Shown here: one piece after another, positions 1 through 10,615 of the stretch
Layout of the letters: every line of letters begins with the position of its first letter
Position numbering within the stretch: position 1 is the stretch's first letter
From: Candidatus Latescibacterota bacterium
GTDB lineage: Bacteria > Latescibacterota > UBA2968 > GCA-2709665
Assembly (NCBI GenBank): GCA_965237675.1
Contig: OZ250150.1
Location: 256,001-320,000, forward strand
Reading direction: 5' to 3'
DNA: 64,000 bases
Program-made: the position numbers and the translations under genes
The notes under the pieces: model-generated
What the model was told of the DNA's origin: nothing
Database searches by the model: none
The model's input: only the letters and a program-made list of their open reading frames with translations

Positions 1-85
1 TTTTAAGACAACTTCTAATGAATATTCCGTTTTTCGGTGAGTGAGTCAAGCCGAATTCCGGCAATTTGAACCCCAAGGAGCGAGG

Positions 86-1417
86 ATGGAGCAGCTTGCG
101 TTCTTGACGGAGGAAAAAATCCGAGAGATCAGGCGCCTGTTTGGCACGCCTGTCTTCGTCTACGACCAGGAGACATTGGAAGCTCGTGCACGGGACGTGT
201 TGGATTTTCCGAACGCGTACGGATTGACCGCCCGCTACGCGATGAAGGCGTTGCCCGCGGCGGCCGTTGTGAGAATTCTGAACCGGGCGGGGCTGCACAT
301 CGACGCCAGCAGCGGATACGAAGTGGAACGTGCCATGCGGGGCGGCGTGTCTCCGGAGCAGATCCAGCTCACGGCGCAGAGGATGCCCGGAAACCTGGAG
401 TACCTGGTGAAACAGGGGGTCATTTTCAACGCCTGTTCGCTGCAGCAACTGCGCTGCTATGGCGAACTGTTTCCGGGCCGATCCGTGACCGTACGAATTA
501 ATCCCGGTCTCGGGTCGGGGCATAGCAAAAGGACCAATGTGGGTGGACCATCCGCCAGTTTCGGGATCTGGCACGAATATCTGGATGAGGTGCTGGCCAT
601 TGCAAGGGCCTGCAAATTAAAGATTTCGAGTATGCATACCCACATTGGTTCGGGCAACGATCCCGAGGTCTGGGAACACTGCGCCATGATCTCGCTGCGC
701 ATTGCCGCCCGCCTGCCGGAGGTGGGGGTGCTGAGCCTGGGCGGCGGGTTTAAGGTGGGGCGTGTGGCGGGGGAGGCGTCTACCGATCTGAAGCGGGTCG
801 GGTTGCATGTTGTGGAAGCGTTCCGAGCCTTTCGGAGCGAACATGGGCGCGGACTTCGGCTGGAGGTAGAACCGGGCACCTTTCTGGTGGCCAATGCGGG
901 GGTGCTGATCTGTTCGGTAATCGATTGTGTGGATACCGGCAGCGACGGCTACAACTTCCTGAAAGTGGACGCCGGTATGACCGAGGTATTGCGCATCAGC
1001 CTTTACGGTGCGCAGCACCCGATTGTGGCCGTACCCGCGCAACCGGGGGCGCGACGTCAGCGGGAATATCTCATCGCAGGCCACTGCTGTGAGAGCGGGG
1101 ATGTGCTGACACCGGCGCCGGACGATCCGGAGGGATTGCGGCCCCGGCTGCTTGCCGAGGCGAGGACTGGCGATCTGCTGGCTGTGGGGGGATCCGGCGC
1201 GTACTGTTCCGGCATGGCCTCCAAGAATTACAATTCGTTTCCCGAGGCCGCCGAGGTCCTGCAAGCCCCGGACGGCACGCTGCACCTCATTCGGAAACGG
1301 CAGACGCTGGAACAGATTACGGCAAACGAGGTGATGCCGGATTTTTTGGATGACGGGGCTCACCTAAACCCGCGACGACCTTCGGGCATTGAGCCTGCAC
1401 ACGGAGCCGCTCCATGA
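86..1417 (+). CDS. lysA: Diaminopimelate decarboxylase
   Basis: Motifs YAMKA (PLP Lys), HTHIGSG, LGGGF, EPG, CESGD, GAY..M.S.NYNS. ATG at 86 follows aaggag; the ORF track starts at 41. Confidence 0.9.
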   Translation: MEQLAFLTEEKIREIRRLFGTPVFVYDQETLEARARDVLDFPNAYGLTARYAMKALPAAAVVRILNRAGLHIDASSGYEVERAMRGGVSPEQIQLTAQRMPGNLEYLVKQGVIFNACSLQQLRCYGELFPGRSVTVRINPGLGSGHSKRTNVGGPSASFGIWHEYLDEVLAIARACKLKISSMHTHIGSGNDPEVWEHCAMISLRIAARLPEVGVLSLGGGFKVGRVAGEASTDLKRVGLHVVEAFRAFRSEHGRGLRLEVEPGTFLVANAGVLICSVIDCVDTGSDGYNFLKVDAGMTEVLRISLYGAQHPIVAVPAQPGARRQREYLIAGHCCESGDVLTPAPDDPEGLRPRLLAEARTGDLLAVGGSGAYCSGMASKNYNSFPEAAEVLQAPDGTLHLIRKRQTLEQITANEVMPDFLDDGAHLNPRRPSGIEPAHGAAP

Positions 1418-1424
1418 GCCCGTA

Positions 1425-1521
1425 CCCTGAGCCTGTCGAAGGGTAGCGAAACGCGGGCATTTCGAAAAGCTCAGCGTCCATATTTCGAAAAACTCAACGA
1501 GACGTTTCGGCAGGCTCAACG
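1425..1521. repeat. REP-like cluster (CCCTGAGCCTGTCGAAGGG plus three degenerate inverse copies)
   Basis: ccctgagcctgtcgaaggg at 1425-1443, then ttcgaaaagctcagcg, ttcgaaaaactcaacg and ttcggcaggctcaacg; lies between convergent genes. Confidence 0.6.
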
Positions 1522-1621
1522 ACCGCAACGCGGCGAGACGGGATGAACCGGCGCCTGCCTGTGCGTGCTGCCTCACGCACGCAGACAGGGAAGAATGGTG
1601 ACATATTTCCGGGACAGGACA

Positions 1622-2407
1622 CTACCCGATTCCGCCCACCAGGTAGTCCCAGCACCGGCGTCGGATGTCACGCTCCTTGTAGTGATCGCTCTGAGAAACA
1701 CCGAGTGGATTGCCAAACGTCAGGATATTGTTGACATCGCCTGCCTTCTCGCGCAGGTTCCAGTCCCGACGGCCGTCGAGCGCGTCGGGATCGTGGTTCC
1801 ACGTGGGCCGGGTGTTGTCTTCCGTGCGGTGAAAGAGGAATTTGATCATGTGGCGTTTGGCCCCGGAACGGTTGGCAGCCGTGCCGTGCCAGAGATCGTA
1901 ATGGGTGAAAGCCAAGGTGCCCGCTTTGACCGTAAGGGAGATCTGTCCGCGGATGTTGGTATAGGTGGCCATGCGGTCTGTGGGCGCGTTGCGGAAATGA
2001 GTACCGGGTACAATCACGGTAGGGCCCATGTCTCCTGTCACGTCGCGTGGATAGTAGAGGCCCAGGAAGCGGTTAAGGCGGATGTCCCGTTTGTTGGTGC
2101 TGTCCTGGTGCCACTGCATGTAACCTGACCCCGGCTGTTTGCAATGCCAGTGACGGTGGGATTGAACCTCGTACCCCGGGCCTAGCAGGCTGATGAGGAC
2201 GCCCTTTACAACCGGATGGTCAAGAACCTGCCAGAGTTCGGGCACGGTATCGGTGACGGCGTCGCCGGGATTCTGGTCCAATGCGTCCAGTTGTCCGGCG
2301 ATGCGATCGTTTAGTCCATCTGGCAGGTCGGGTCGCGCGATATGGTAGCCGGTGACGAGGAACTGCGCTACCTCGAAGTCGGTGAGCAGGTGACATTTAC
2401 GGGTCAT
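1622..2407 (-). CDS. Phytanoyl-CoA dioxygenase (PhyH) family protein
   Basis: F..GYH start, WHQD, MGPT.IVPGTH, DLWH motifs; probable ATG at 2407. Confidence 0.8.
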   Translation of the reverse strand: MTRKCHLLTDFEVAQFLVTGYHIARPDLPDGLNDRIAGQLDALDQNPGDAVTDTVPELWQVLDHPVVKGVLISLLGPGYEVQSHRHWHCKQPGSGYMQWHQDSTNKRDIRLNRFLGLYYPRDVTGDMGPTVIVPGTHFRNAPTDRMATYTNIRGQISLTVKAGTLAFTHYDLWHGTAANRSGAKRHMIKFLFHRTEDNTRPTWNHDPDALDGRRDWNLREKAGDVNNILTFGNPLGVSQSDHYKERDIRRRCWDYLVGGIG

Positions 2408-2702
2408 GGACGACCTCCATTTTTTGAAGGATGAACTCGTAGCCCACCACGTCCAGATTGGTATCGTCATACGGCGCCTGCAGGTGCGGGAATTGCACGA
2501 TCTGCCAACCGTCTACCAGAGCGTCGTGCACGGTTTGATAGGGCCATTCCTCTTCACTGGCGGTGATTTCCGCCTGGAAACCCCGGACCGGTTCGATCAG
2601 CGTGAAACCCAGGATGGCTGAAAAAACGCTGGGGGTCCGCGCGTGCAGGTAAAGCAGGCGCTGACGTGGCAGCGTGGATGGACTGAATGTCGCGATTTTC
2701 AT
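2397..2702 (-). CDS. Small hypothetical protein, overlapping the PhyH gene start
   Basis: 101-aa ORF with RBS-like gaggag upstream; protein-like composition. Confidence 0.6.
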   Translation of the reverse strand: MKIATFSPSTLPRQRLLYLHARTPSVFSAILGFTLIEPVRGFQAEITASEEEWPYQTVHDALVDGWQIVQFPHLQAPYDDTNLDVVGYEFILQKMEVVHDP

Positions 2703-2839
2703 GTGCTTCGCGCTCCTCTGAGAAGACGCCGCTCCCTTTCCTCGTCCAACCTTCGTTTGGACAATCTACCTCCAAAACAGCTGCATAGCCCCATTGACTC
2801 TTGCCCCGAACGGATGGAACCTGCTGTCCGCGTTTCGTA

Positions 2840-4699
2840 TTATTCGGAAACCCGGTAGCTGTAGAGATGGGATCCGCTGCCGAAGTAGATATGGCCGTCG
2901 AGGATGTCTCCTCCCGGACCGATAGATACGGGCGATTCCGCCAGCATCCGTATGGCGTATGTATCGGGTTCCACAATGGCGATGCCCTTTGTGAAGAGGA
3001 TGTAGACGGCGCCGTCCGGCGCCGTGACAAACACCCTCGGGCCCTGTTGCGATGTCGTGGGACCGAACTCGGATTCGAGATCGTGCTGGTGGACCACCCT
3101 TCTGCCGCCGGGATCGAAGACGAAAAAGCGCCTGCGGTCGGCAATGCCGTAGACGACACCCTGCGGTCCTGAACACATGTCGGTATACCCCTGCACGCCA
3201 GGGAAGACGACCCCGTGCCAATCGAGTTGTCTCGTGGCCATGTCCATGATATAAAGCTCCGCCTCTTCGGCCTTCTGTTCACCGCCGGTGCCGGGGCTTG
3301 TCGTGGTGCCACCCAGAAGCCTGTTGTCGGGCAGGGGAACCAGGCTCATGGTGGATTGATCGGGCAGGATATCGGTGTGTTCGAGCAGGGTGTGCTCACG
3401 GGTCTGCCTGTCCCAGAATAGCATGCCGCCCCCGGTAAGCCCGTACCCGGGGGTGCCGGCGAGGACGACGGTTCTTCCATCCGGATGGGCAAGCAGCATG
3501 TGGGGGCGGTTGATGACCTCGTGGCATTCGTATAGCAGTTCCGGGTTGCAACCGGCTTTGTCTCGCTCGGTGTGTACCCATGGTTTGGCGGGGTCCCATT
3601 CTTCCAGCAGGCCGTGCGTGTATGCGCCGACAAAGAACATGTCGCCCTCTCTGGCAACGGTATTCCATTGCCCCAGGGCCGGGCGGTTGATCCAACTGGC
3701 GGTATCCGGATTGAAGCTGAAAAAATGCATGGGGAAGGCGGTGCCGCCGCAGATGGTGTTGTCCGGAGCCGTGGCCACGCCCATCATGTGAGCGCCCTCG
3801 CTTGTGTAGTCGAAGGAAACTTCGCGGGTTGCGCCGGTTCGGGGATCCTCGACGGCCAGTCTGCGGTCGACCAGGCTGCAGGCCACCATGCGTTTCCCAT
3901 CCGGAAAATCGGTGTGGAAGAGACCCTGGCTGCCGGCAATAAAGGGTTTCTCGCGTCTGTTCTCAATTTTGCCGACATCCGTTCGCACACCGCGGTACAG
4001 TTCCATCCAGCCGTCCTCGGAACCGCCGTTTGTATGACCGTAGACCTTCCCGTTCAGGTCGCGGTACACAGGGGCGTGGGCCTGGGTTCGTTCGTCTTCT
4101 GCAAGAAGAGGTTCCGCTTTGCCGGTTTCCGGGTCCAGGGAGATAATCTGGCTGGCCGTGCTGCCCGCCCCGAAATATATCCAGCCGGTATCGTCAGCGG
4201 CGATGGCGCGGGGATACTGCCGCCAGTTCTGATCGTATAGATTGCCGTAGTCCCGAAATTCGCCCGTGTGGGGATTATAGGAAGCCACCGCACTGTTCGG
4301 GTACGTCCCTGACCAGATGCGGCCGTCGTCGTCTTCGGTCATGCTCATGGCCATCTGGGGCACGGTTTTGTGGTGGAAGGTGAATGCGCGCTTTTCCGGG
4401 TCGAATTCCACAAAGTGGCTGTTGAAGTGGGTGTAATACCTGTTTCGGCTGGACAGGATAGCGGCAAACGGGCCGTCGCCGCCCGGCGGATAGGGCATGG
4501 GGAATTCTTCACTATTTCCGGTTTCCGCATCGATCATCAGGAGGGCGTACCCGCCCCGGTTGTCATAAAGCCAGATCAGGACTACGTTGCGGCCCGCGCC
4601 GTCCACGGTAACGGCGGTGCCCCGGTGGTTGCTGATGGGGGTCGCTACGCCGTGGTGGAAAAAGCCGTTGCCCATCGCTTCGGTGCTGGAACCAGACAT
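2840..4699 (-). CDS. Hypothetical beta-propeller-repeat protein
   Basis: 619-aa ORF with RBS ggaggt and repeated ..DG.IY.G / YDP.TG blade-like motifs. Confidence 0.7.
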   Translation of the reverse strand: MSGSSTEAMGNGFFHHGVATPISNHRGTAVTVDGAGRNVVLIWLYDNRGGYALLMIDAETGNSEEFPMPYPPGGDGPFAAILSSRNRYYTHFNSHFVEFDPEKRAFTFHHKTVPQMAMSMTEDDDGRIWSGTYPNSAVASYNPHTGEFRDYGNLYDQNWRQYPRAIAADDTGWIYFGAGSTASQIISLDPETGKAEPLLAEDERTQAHAPVYRDLNGKVYGHTNGGSEDGWMELYRGVRTDVGKIENRREKPFIAGSQGLFHTDFPDGKRMVACSLVDRRLAVEDPRTGATREVSFDYTSEGAHMMGVATAPDNTICGGTAFPMHFFSFNPDTASWINRPALGQWNTVAREGDMFFVGAYTHGLLEEWDPAKPWVHTERDKAGCNPELLYECHEVINRPHMLLAHPDGRTVVLAGTPGYGLTGGGMLFWDRQTREHTLLEHTDILPDQSTMSLVPLPDNRLLGGTTTSPGTGGEQKAEEAELYIMDMATRQLDWHGVVFPGVQGYTDMCSGPQGVVYGIADRRRFFVFDPGGRRVVHQHDLESEFGPTTSQQGPRVFVTAPDGAVYILFTKGIAIVEPDTYAIRMLAESPVSIGPGGDILDGHIYFGSGSHLYSYRVSE

Positions 4700-4874
4700 G
4701 GGTTGACCTCCGTTGGGAATTCGTAAGTGATGCGGGGGCGGAAGAATCAGGAGAAGGGGCTTGGTTCAGCGACTTGAACCAATATACGCCGTAGAAACGG
4801 AAGGGAAAAGCCAAATTCAGACGACGACCCACAGCGAATATTACGACTGATCGTCCGAGTACCGCTTTCCCGAT

Positions 4875-5680
4875 TCAGGAACCGGAAGACCTGACCGGCA
4901 TCAGGGCGGCGAGGGGCTCGGAGATCTCGTAGACGCTGTCGACCGCCAGGTCGTGGTTGAAGAGTTTTCTTTCTTTTTCGGCCCGCAGTTGCAGACGCTC
5001 CATATGAAATTCCAGCACGTCGGAGGGAACGGGCACCGCGGCCGGGTCCAGGAAACGAAGATAACCGTCCGTGTCCTGGACCAGGTGCGGGTCTGGCCGA
5101 GTTCGAGGCCGTAGTTGCGAACCCCCTGCGCCGCTGCAAGCAGCAAATCAAGAATGCAGATTGTGATGGCGATTGACGGCGGAATGTTGGTGCCGGTCAG
5201 GAATCCGGGTTGACGGCGGTGCAGTTCGATGCCCCGTTCGAGATACAGCGCCGCGAGACGGTCCAGGTACTGGTAGTTGCGGATGCCGTCTTCAATGGAC
5301 ATCTCCTTCGTATATGACACGTTATACGCGATTCCCGACCCGAGATATCCGGTGTAGCCCGCCGCGAAGCCGATTTCGGACGTGAGCTTCGGCATTGCCG
5401 TTCCCGACAGCACAATGGCGGGTTTGTCAATGGCGTGAATCAGACGGCGGCAGGAAGATATGCCGTAGTTGACAATCGGGAGACCGTTCAACATGGAGCG
5501 GCCGGCCCGTGGCTGGGTCAGGCACCGGTCTTCAGCCGCTGCCCGCCGCAGAACCGGCGCAAGTTGTTTGTGCCGCGGCAGGCTTCGGTGAAAGGCGACG
5601 GCTTCGTCGAGGTCCACCTTTGAGCCAGTGGGCCAGCGGGCGAGATTCTCGCGGCGCAGGCGGTCAACTCGCGTACCAGG
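4875..5680 (-). pseudogene. glmE: Methylaspartate (glutamate) mutase epsilon subunit, with internal deletions and a frameshift
   Basis: RRENLARWPTGSKVDLDEAV, QPRAG|RSMLNGLPIVNYG, YNVSYTK, AAAQGV; C-terminus DGYLRFLD...ERLQLRAEKE is in another frame. Confidence 0.8.
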
Positions 5681-5686
5681 CCCTCG

Positions 5687-5846
5687 TAATCAGCCGAAGT
5701 CCACCGGCCGCACTGCTGCAGGCCAGCCTGTAGCGGTAGCGTGGCTGTTTGGGCAGACGTCGGTGCAGAATCTGGAGGGCATCGGTGAATCCCAGCGAAA
5801 CGTCGGATTCGACCGTCGAGGGCGCCTGACCGGATCCCAGAAGTCG
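5687..5846 (-). pseudogene. glmL: Fragment of glutamate mutase reactivating factor GlmL/MutL
   Basis: STVESDVSLGF...LACSSAAGGLRL matches the GlmL N-terminal signature ACSSAAGGL; fused in frame to truncated glmS. Confidence 0.7.
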
Positions 5847-6191
5847 ACCCCTGTCCAGAAATCGCCGCTCCACTTCGCGCCAGTCCTGTTTTCCCACAAC
5901 GACGTTACCACCGACGTAGATCAGAATACCTCCGATTCCCGCTTCGATACAGATATCGCGAAAGCCGCGGCAGTCGAGTTCGCCCTGTCCGTACAACGAG
6001 GAAACCAGGATGGCGTCGGCATCGGTTTCGACCGCCGCGTTGACGAATTCAATGGACGGCGTGAGGGCGCCAAGCGACACAACGTCGTATCCCGCCTTCT
6101 CCAGGGCCATGCTGAGAATACGGGTGCCCACGATGTGGCAATCCGATCCAATCACGCCGGTGATCAAAGTTTTCGATTCACTGGACTGCAT
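5847..6191 (-). pseudogene. glmS: Methylaspartate mutase sigma (B12-binding) subunit, C-terminally truncated
   Basis: GVIGSDCHIVG (DxHxxG), AILVSSLYGQGELDC, YVGGNVVVGK. Confidence 0.85.
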
Positions 6192-6242
6192 CGTGCGTGA
6201 AGTCTCTCACTACAAAGTCAGGTTGGCCCGCAGGCGGGCGTT

Positions 6243-7454
6243 TTACCTATGCCGCTGCGCCCATCGGCGCACGACGCGGCTCAACTGCTGAAGACGAATC
6301 TGCCCTACCTCAGGATACACCGGAAGAAACAGCAGGTGCCGCTGCAGGTCCATCGCGCAGATTGACATCTGGCCCGGAAATTCCCGACTGGACCGAACCA
6401 CGCATAGCGACGGCGGCCACAGATGTCCGTCGAAACCGGCTTCCCAGAGCCGCCGGCACAGGTCTGCAGCATTGCCGACCCGAACAACGAAGAGCCAGTA
6501 GGAGTGTTCCGCCCCGTGGCCCGGGTAGCAGAGGTCCGGAACCCTGCGGTGAAACGCCATGGCCTCCGGCCGGCAGCCGGTCCGCTCCAGGGCGTTCGAG
6601 CGCATGCGCCTCGAAAGTAGCGCCAAGAGGGCGCCGCACGGCTGACGGCGGATTTTTTTAAGCATTTCCAGCCCTCTGAAACTCCGCGTGGCCCGGTAGC
6701 TCACGGTATCGTGCGACCTGCCAAACAGATGGCACATCGCACACAGAAGGGTATAGGGTCCCGGCCTGCTGAGCAGGAGAACGACGCCGTATTTTGCCAG
6801 GCGCATGAAAAACCGCCCCTTGCTCTGTTCAGGATAGCCGTTATGCAGCCGCCGGACTCTGTCTCGCAGGACGGGATCGTCCACAAAAAGAAGGCCGCCC
6901 CCCAGGGCCGTGTTGTATTTGCTGGGGCCGAAACTGAACAGGCGCACGTGGCTGCCGGGGTGGCCGGTATAGCCGTCGCCCCAATAAGCCTGTGCGCAGT
7001 CTTCCAACAGCACCAGGCCGTGCCGCCCGGCGAAGCTCACCAGGGGATCCATGGGGATGCGGGCGCCGAATAAATGTGTTGCCAGCAGGGCAACGGTCCT
7101 GGGAGTGAGTCCGCTCTTCAGGCTCTCCGGATCGGGCGCGAGCGTGAGTGGATCCAGATCGACCGGCACGGGCACCAGGCCGTGGGCCCGGATGATTTCC
7201 AGCATGTCGGGAATGGTGATAGCCGACACCAGAATGTGGGACCCGCGCGGGAATCGGGCGGCCTGGAGATAGGCATCGAAGCCGCTGCGAAGCGAGAGAA
7301 AAAACTGCGCCTGGTCGGGGGCGCCGGTGCTCTCCCGGCAGGCAGAATGGCCTACCGCACGCCCGTCACTCACCAGGCATTGGCTCATGCCGAAAAGGAG
7401 ATCGCGCCAGCCGACATCCAATCTTTTTCGAGGAACCATGGCCGATTCACTCAT
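6243..7454 (-). CDS. DegT/DnrJ/EryC1/StrS family PLP-dependent aminotransferase
   Basis: THLFG, EDCAQA, FSFGPSK...GGG motifs; start at 7454 or 7439. Confidence 0.8.
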   Translation of the reverse strand: MSESAMVPRKRLDVGWRDLLFGMSQCLVSDGRAVGHSACRESTGAPDQAQFFLSLRSGFDAYLQAARFPRGSHILVSAITIPDMLEIIRAHGLVPVPVDLDPLTLAPDPESLKSGLTPRTVALLATHLFGARIPMDPLVSFAGRHGLVLLEDCAQAYWGDGYTGHPGSHVRLFSFGPSKYNTALGGGLLFVDDPVLRDRVRRLHNGYPEQSKGRFFMRLAKYGVVLLLSRPGPYTLLCAMCHLFGRSHDTVSYRATRSFRGLEMLKKIRRQPCGALLALLSRRMRSNALERTGCRPEAMAFHRRVPDLCYPGHGAEHSYWLFVVRVGNAADLCRRLWEAGFDGHLWPPSLCVVRSSREFPGQMSICAMDLQRHLLFLPVYPEVGQIRLQQLSRVVRRWAQRHR

Positions 7455-7790
7455 TCGCCGGCGCGGGCGGGTAGGATGGGGCGTTGTGGGGGAACTGACT
7501 CCGCATTGGGCAAACGCCTTGTGGGGTTGTGCCTGAGGTCCCTGCCCCGAAAAATCATACATCCTCGCAGCATGCGAACTTAAATTCGGATTCCCTCCAT
7601 AATAGCCATTTCCACTTATTTACTGCAACACATTATTTAACTTCGATATCGCAACGCGTGGGCGCACACGGGCGCCATTGCCGACCCGGAAACTACGATC
7701 GCAGACGCGTTTCTTCCGGCGCGTCTTCTCGTCCCGTGAGAACGATCGTATACAATGGCCCTTACGAGAGCATTTGTTGGCTTTCCGACA

Positions 7791-8618
7791 TCAGACTGGC
7801 TCCTGGTCGACCGACGCTTCGACCGGCTCGCCTCCGCGTTTTACCATCTGATTGAACCAACGCAAACCGACTACTGCGAGGATGATGCCGCACACGTTCA
7901 GCCACCACGGAAGGAACACCAGGTGATTGAAATCATCCATAGGCCCGAGTATCTCGTAGCGCGCAACCATGAGGAAAAGGAAATTATGCAGCGCATGACC
8001 CGCAATCGCGGGGATCAGCGAACCGGTTTGAATCACCCACCGGGCAAATACAATTCCCACGATAAGGGGCCCGGGAAATTGCCATGGATTCATATGAAAA
8101 ACAGCGAACAGGAATGCCGACCAGAAAATGGCGCGTTTCCGGGTTTGGTGGGCCAACAAGCCAATCAGTATGACACTTCTAAACAGCACTTCTTCGGTAA
8201 GCGGCGCCTGGACCGCCAGGTTATAGAAGGCGAAAGTGTACGGCGTTTCTTTCCACACCAGTTCTCGGAATATCTTGACTATCGGTTCGGGCATCGGAAT
8301 CAGGTAATGTACCGCGCTTTCCACGATGGATATAGCGATCGACAGGCCAACAATGGAAACCGCAAGGGGCAGGTACAATCCCCAGGGTACCGTTCTGAAG
8401 AGCAGGATATTGGGCCAGGTCCGATCGGTTCGCCGCTGTGCGTACACGATCACCAGAACGAGACTGACCAATGACACGAAGCTATTCACATAGAGAATGG
8501 AGAGCGGATCCTGGTCTAGAATCGTGCCGAGGAGGTAAAGAAGCAACGATGATCCCGCAATGATCAGGTAAAATAGAACCACCAGCCAAATGGATTGCTT
8601 CAGATTCGGATACGCCAT
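7791..8618 (-). CDS. CPBP (CAAX/Abi) intramembrane metalloprotease, paralog 1
   Basis: EEVLFR, FAVFH, HALHN motifs; multi-TM; RBS ggagg. Confidence 0.9.
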   Translation of the reverse strand: MAYPNLKQSIWLVVLFYLIIAGSSLLLYLLGTILDQDPLSILYVNSFVSLVSLVLVIVYAQRRTDRTWPNILLFRTVPWGLYLPLAVSIVGLSIAISIVESAVHYLIPMPEPIVKIFRELVWKETPYTFAFYNLAVQAPLTEEVLFRSVILIGLLAHQTRKRAIFWSAFLFAVFHMNPWQFPGPLIVGIVFARWVIQTGSLIPAIAGHALHNFLFLMVARYEILGPMDDFNHLVFLPWWLNVCGIILAVVGLRWFNQMVKRGGEPVEASVDQEPV

Positions 8619-8702
8619 GTATGGCCTCCCATTTAAACGATCAGCTGTCCGTACATCAATCGATCCGGATCCCCGGCGAGGGTCGTTTGAGGGGTTCCGC
8701 CA

Positions 8703-9530
8703 TCAGACATGCTCCCGTTCTGCTAGCGTTTCGACCTGCTCGCCTTTGCTTTTTGCCATCTCATTGAACCACCACAAACCGACTACTGCGAGGATGATGC
8801 CGCACACGTTCAGCCACCACGGAAGGCATGCCAGATTATTGAAATCATCCAAAGGCCCGAATATTTCGTAGCGCGCAACCATGAGGAAAAGGAAATTATT
8901 CAGCGCATGGCCCGCAATCGCGGGCAGCAGCGAACCGGTCTGAATGACCCACCAGGCAAATACAATTCCCAATACAAGGGCGGCGGGAATCTGCCACGGA
9001 TTCAAATGAAATAGAGCGAACAGGAATGCCGACCAGAAAATAGCCCGTTTCCGGGTCTGGTGGGCCAGCAAGCCAATCAGAATGACACCCCTGAATAGCA
9101 CTTCTTCCGTAAACGGCGGCTGGACCGCAAGGTTATAAAAAGCGTAAGCATAGGGCGTTTCTTTCCACACCAGTTCTCGGAATATCTTGACTATCGGTTC
9201 GGGCATCGGAATCAGGTAATGTACCGCGCTTTCCACGATGGATATAGCGATCGACAGGCCAACAATGGAAACCGCAAGGGGCAGGTACAATCCCCAGGGT
9301 ACCGTTCTGAAGAGCAGGATATTGGGCCAGGTCCGATCGGTTCGCCGCTGTGCGTACACGATCACCAGAACGAGACTGACCAATGACACGAAGCTATTCA
9401 CATAGAGAATGGAGAGCAGATCCTGGTCTAGAATCGTGCCGAGGAGGTAAAGAAGCAACGATGATCCCGCAATGATCAGGTAAGATAGTACCAGCAGCCA
9501 GACGGATTGCTTAAGATTCGGATACGCCAT
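8703..9530 (-). CDS. CPBP (CAAX/Abi) intramembrane metalloprotease, paralog 2
   Basis: EEVLFRG, FALFH, HALNN motifs; RBS ggagg. Confidence 0.9.
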   Translation of the reverse strand: MAYPNLKQSVWLLVLSYLIIAGSSLLLYLLGTILDQDLLSILYVNSFVSLVSLVLVIVYAQRRTDRTWPNILLFRTVPWGLYLPLAVSIVGLSIAISIVESAVHYLIPMPEPIVKIFRELVWKETPYAYAFYNLAVQPPFTEEVLFRGVILIGLLAHQTRKRAIFWSAFLFALFHLNPWQIPAALVLGIVFAWWVIQTGSLLPAIAGHALNNFLFLMVARYEIFGPLDDFNNLACLPWWLNVCGIILAVVGLWWFNEMAKSKGEQVETLAEREHV

Positions 9531-9682
9531 TTATGGCCTCCCATTTGAACGTTGAGATGTGAACACATTCAACGTTCCGTATACCAGTACGCGGCCCGCG
9601 TTGAATCCCTTTCTTTCTATAGGATTCAATCTTCATGCATCAGCTGATTGTACATCTGATATTGGATACCAGAGCAGTGCCC

Positions 9683-10510
9683 TTAGACATACTCACGGTC
9701 TGCTAGCGTTTCGACCTGCTCGCCTCTGCTTTTTGCCATCTCATTGAACCACCACAATCCGATCAGAGCCAGGATAACGCCACATACGTGCAGCCACCCG
9801 GGAAGCAACATCACGGCATTGACATTATCCACGGGTCCGAAAATTTCCAGATGCGCAACGGTCACTATCAGAAAATTGTTCAGCGCGTGTCCCACGATCG
9901 CGGGCAGCAGAGAGCCAGTTTGGACGACCCACCATGCGAATACGAGTCCCAATATCAAGGCCGTGGGAAATTGCCATGGGTTCATATGAAATATAGCGAA
10001 CAGGCACGCCGACCAGACAATGGCCTGATTCCGCGTTCGGTGGGCCAACAAGCCACCCAGTATAACGCTTCTGAAGAGGACTTCCTTAATCAATGGCGCC
10101 TGAACGACCATGACATAAAATGTGAACGGGTAGGACTTCTCCTTCCCTGCCAGATCCCCGAATACGTTGAGCATTATTTCGGGCACCGGTATCAGGTGCC
10201 GCAACAGGTTTCCCAGGTCCGAGCCAACGATTGCCAGTCCAACAATGGACACACCGAGCGGCATGTAGAATTGCCACGAAACCCGCTCAAAAAGCAGGAT
10301 CTCGCGCCAGGTCCGATCTGCTCTACGCTTTGCGTAGATTACCGTCAAAACGAAACCGGCTAATGTCAAGAGCTGGATTTCGTGTGGACTGTGTTGTAAA
10401 GACCGGTCGAAGATGAGACCCAGGATAGCGATCGGCACGCCCAGTACCACGCTGATCAGGAAAAACAATATCAGGAGCCAAACGGATTGCTTCAGGTTCG
10501 GATACGCCAT
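9683..10510 (-). CDS. CPBP (CAAX/Abi) protease paralog 3 (EE motif changed to KE)
   Basis: KEVLFRS, FAIFH, HALNN; MAYPNLKQ start at 10510 after ggagg. Confidence 0.85.
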   Translation of the reverse strand: MAYPNLKQSVWLLILFFLISVVLGVPIAILGLIFDRSLQHSPHEIQLLTLAGFVLTVIYAKRRADRTWREILLFERVSWQFYMPLGVSIVGLAIVGSDLGNLLRHLIPVPEIMLNVFGDLAGKEKSYPFTFYVMVVQAPLIKEVLFRSVILGGLLAHRTRNQAIVWSACLFAIFHMNPWQFPTALILGLVFAWWVVQTGSLLPAIVGHALNNFLIVTVAHLEIFGPVDNVNAVMLLPGWLHVCGVILALIGLWWFNEMAKSRGEQVETLADREYV

Positions 10511-10615
10511 GTATTTCCTCCCATTTAAACGATCAGATGTGAACACATCCAACGATCCGCATACCAGTGCGGGCGCGGCTCAGTCTCAGTACCCTTTCTT
10601 CATTCATGTGTACAC

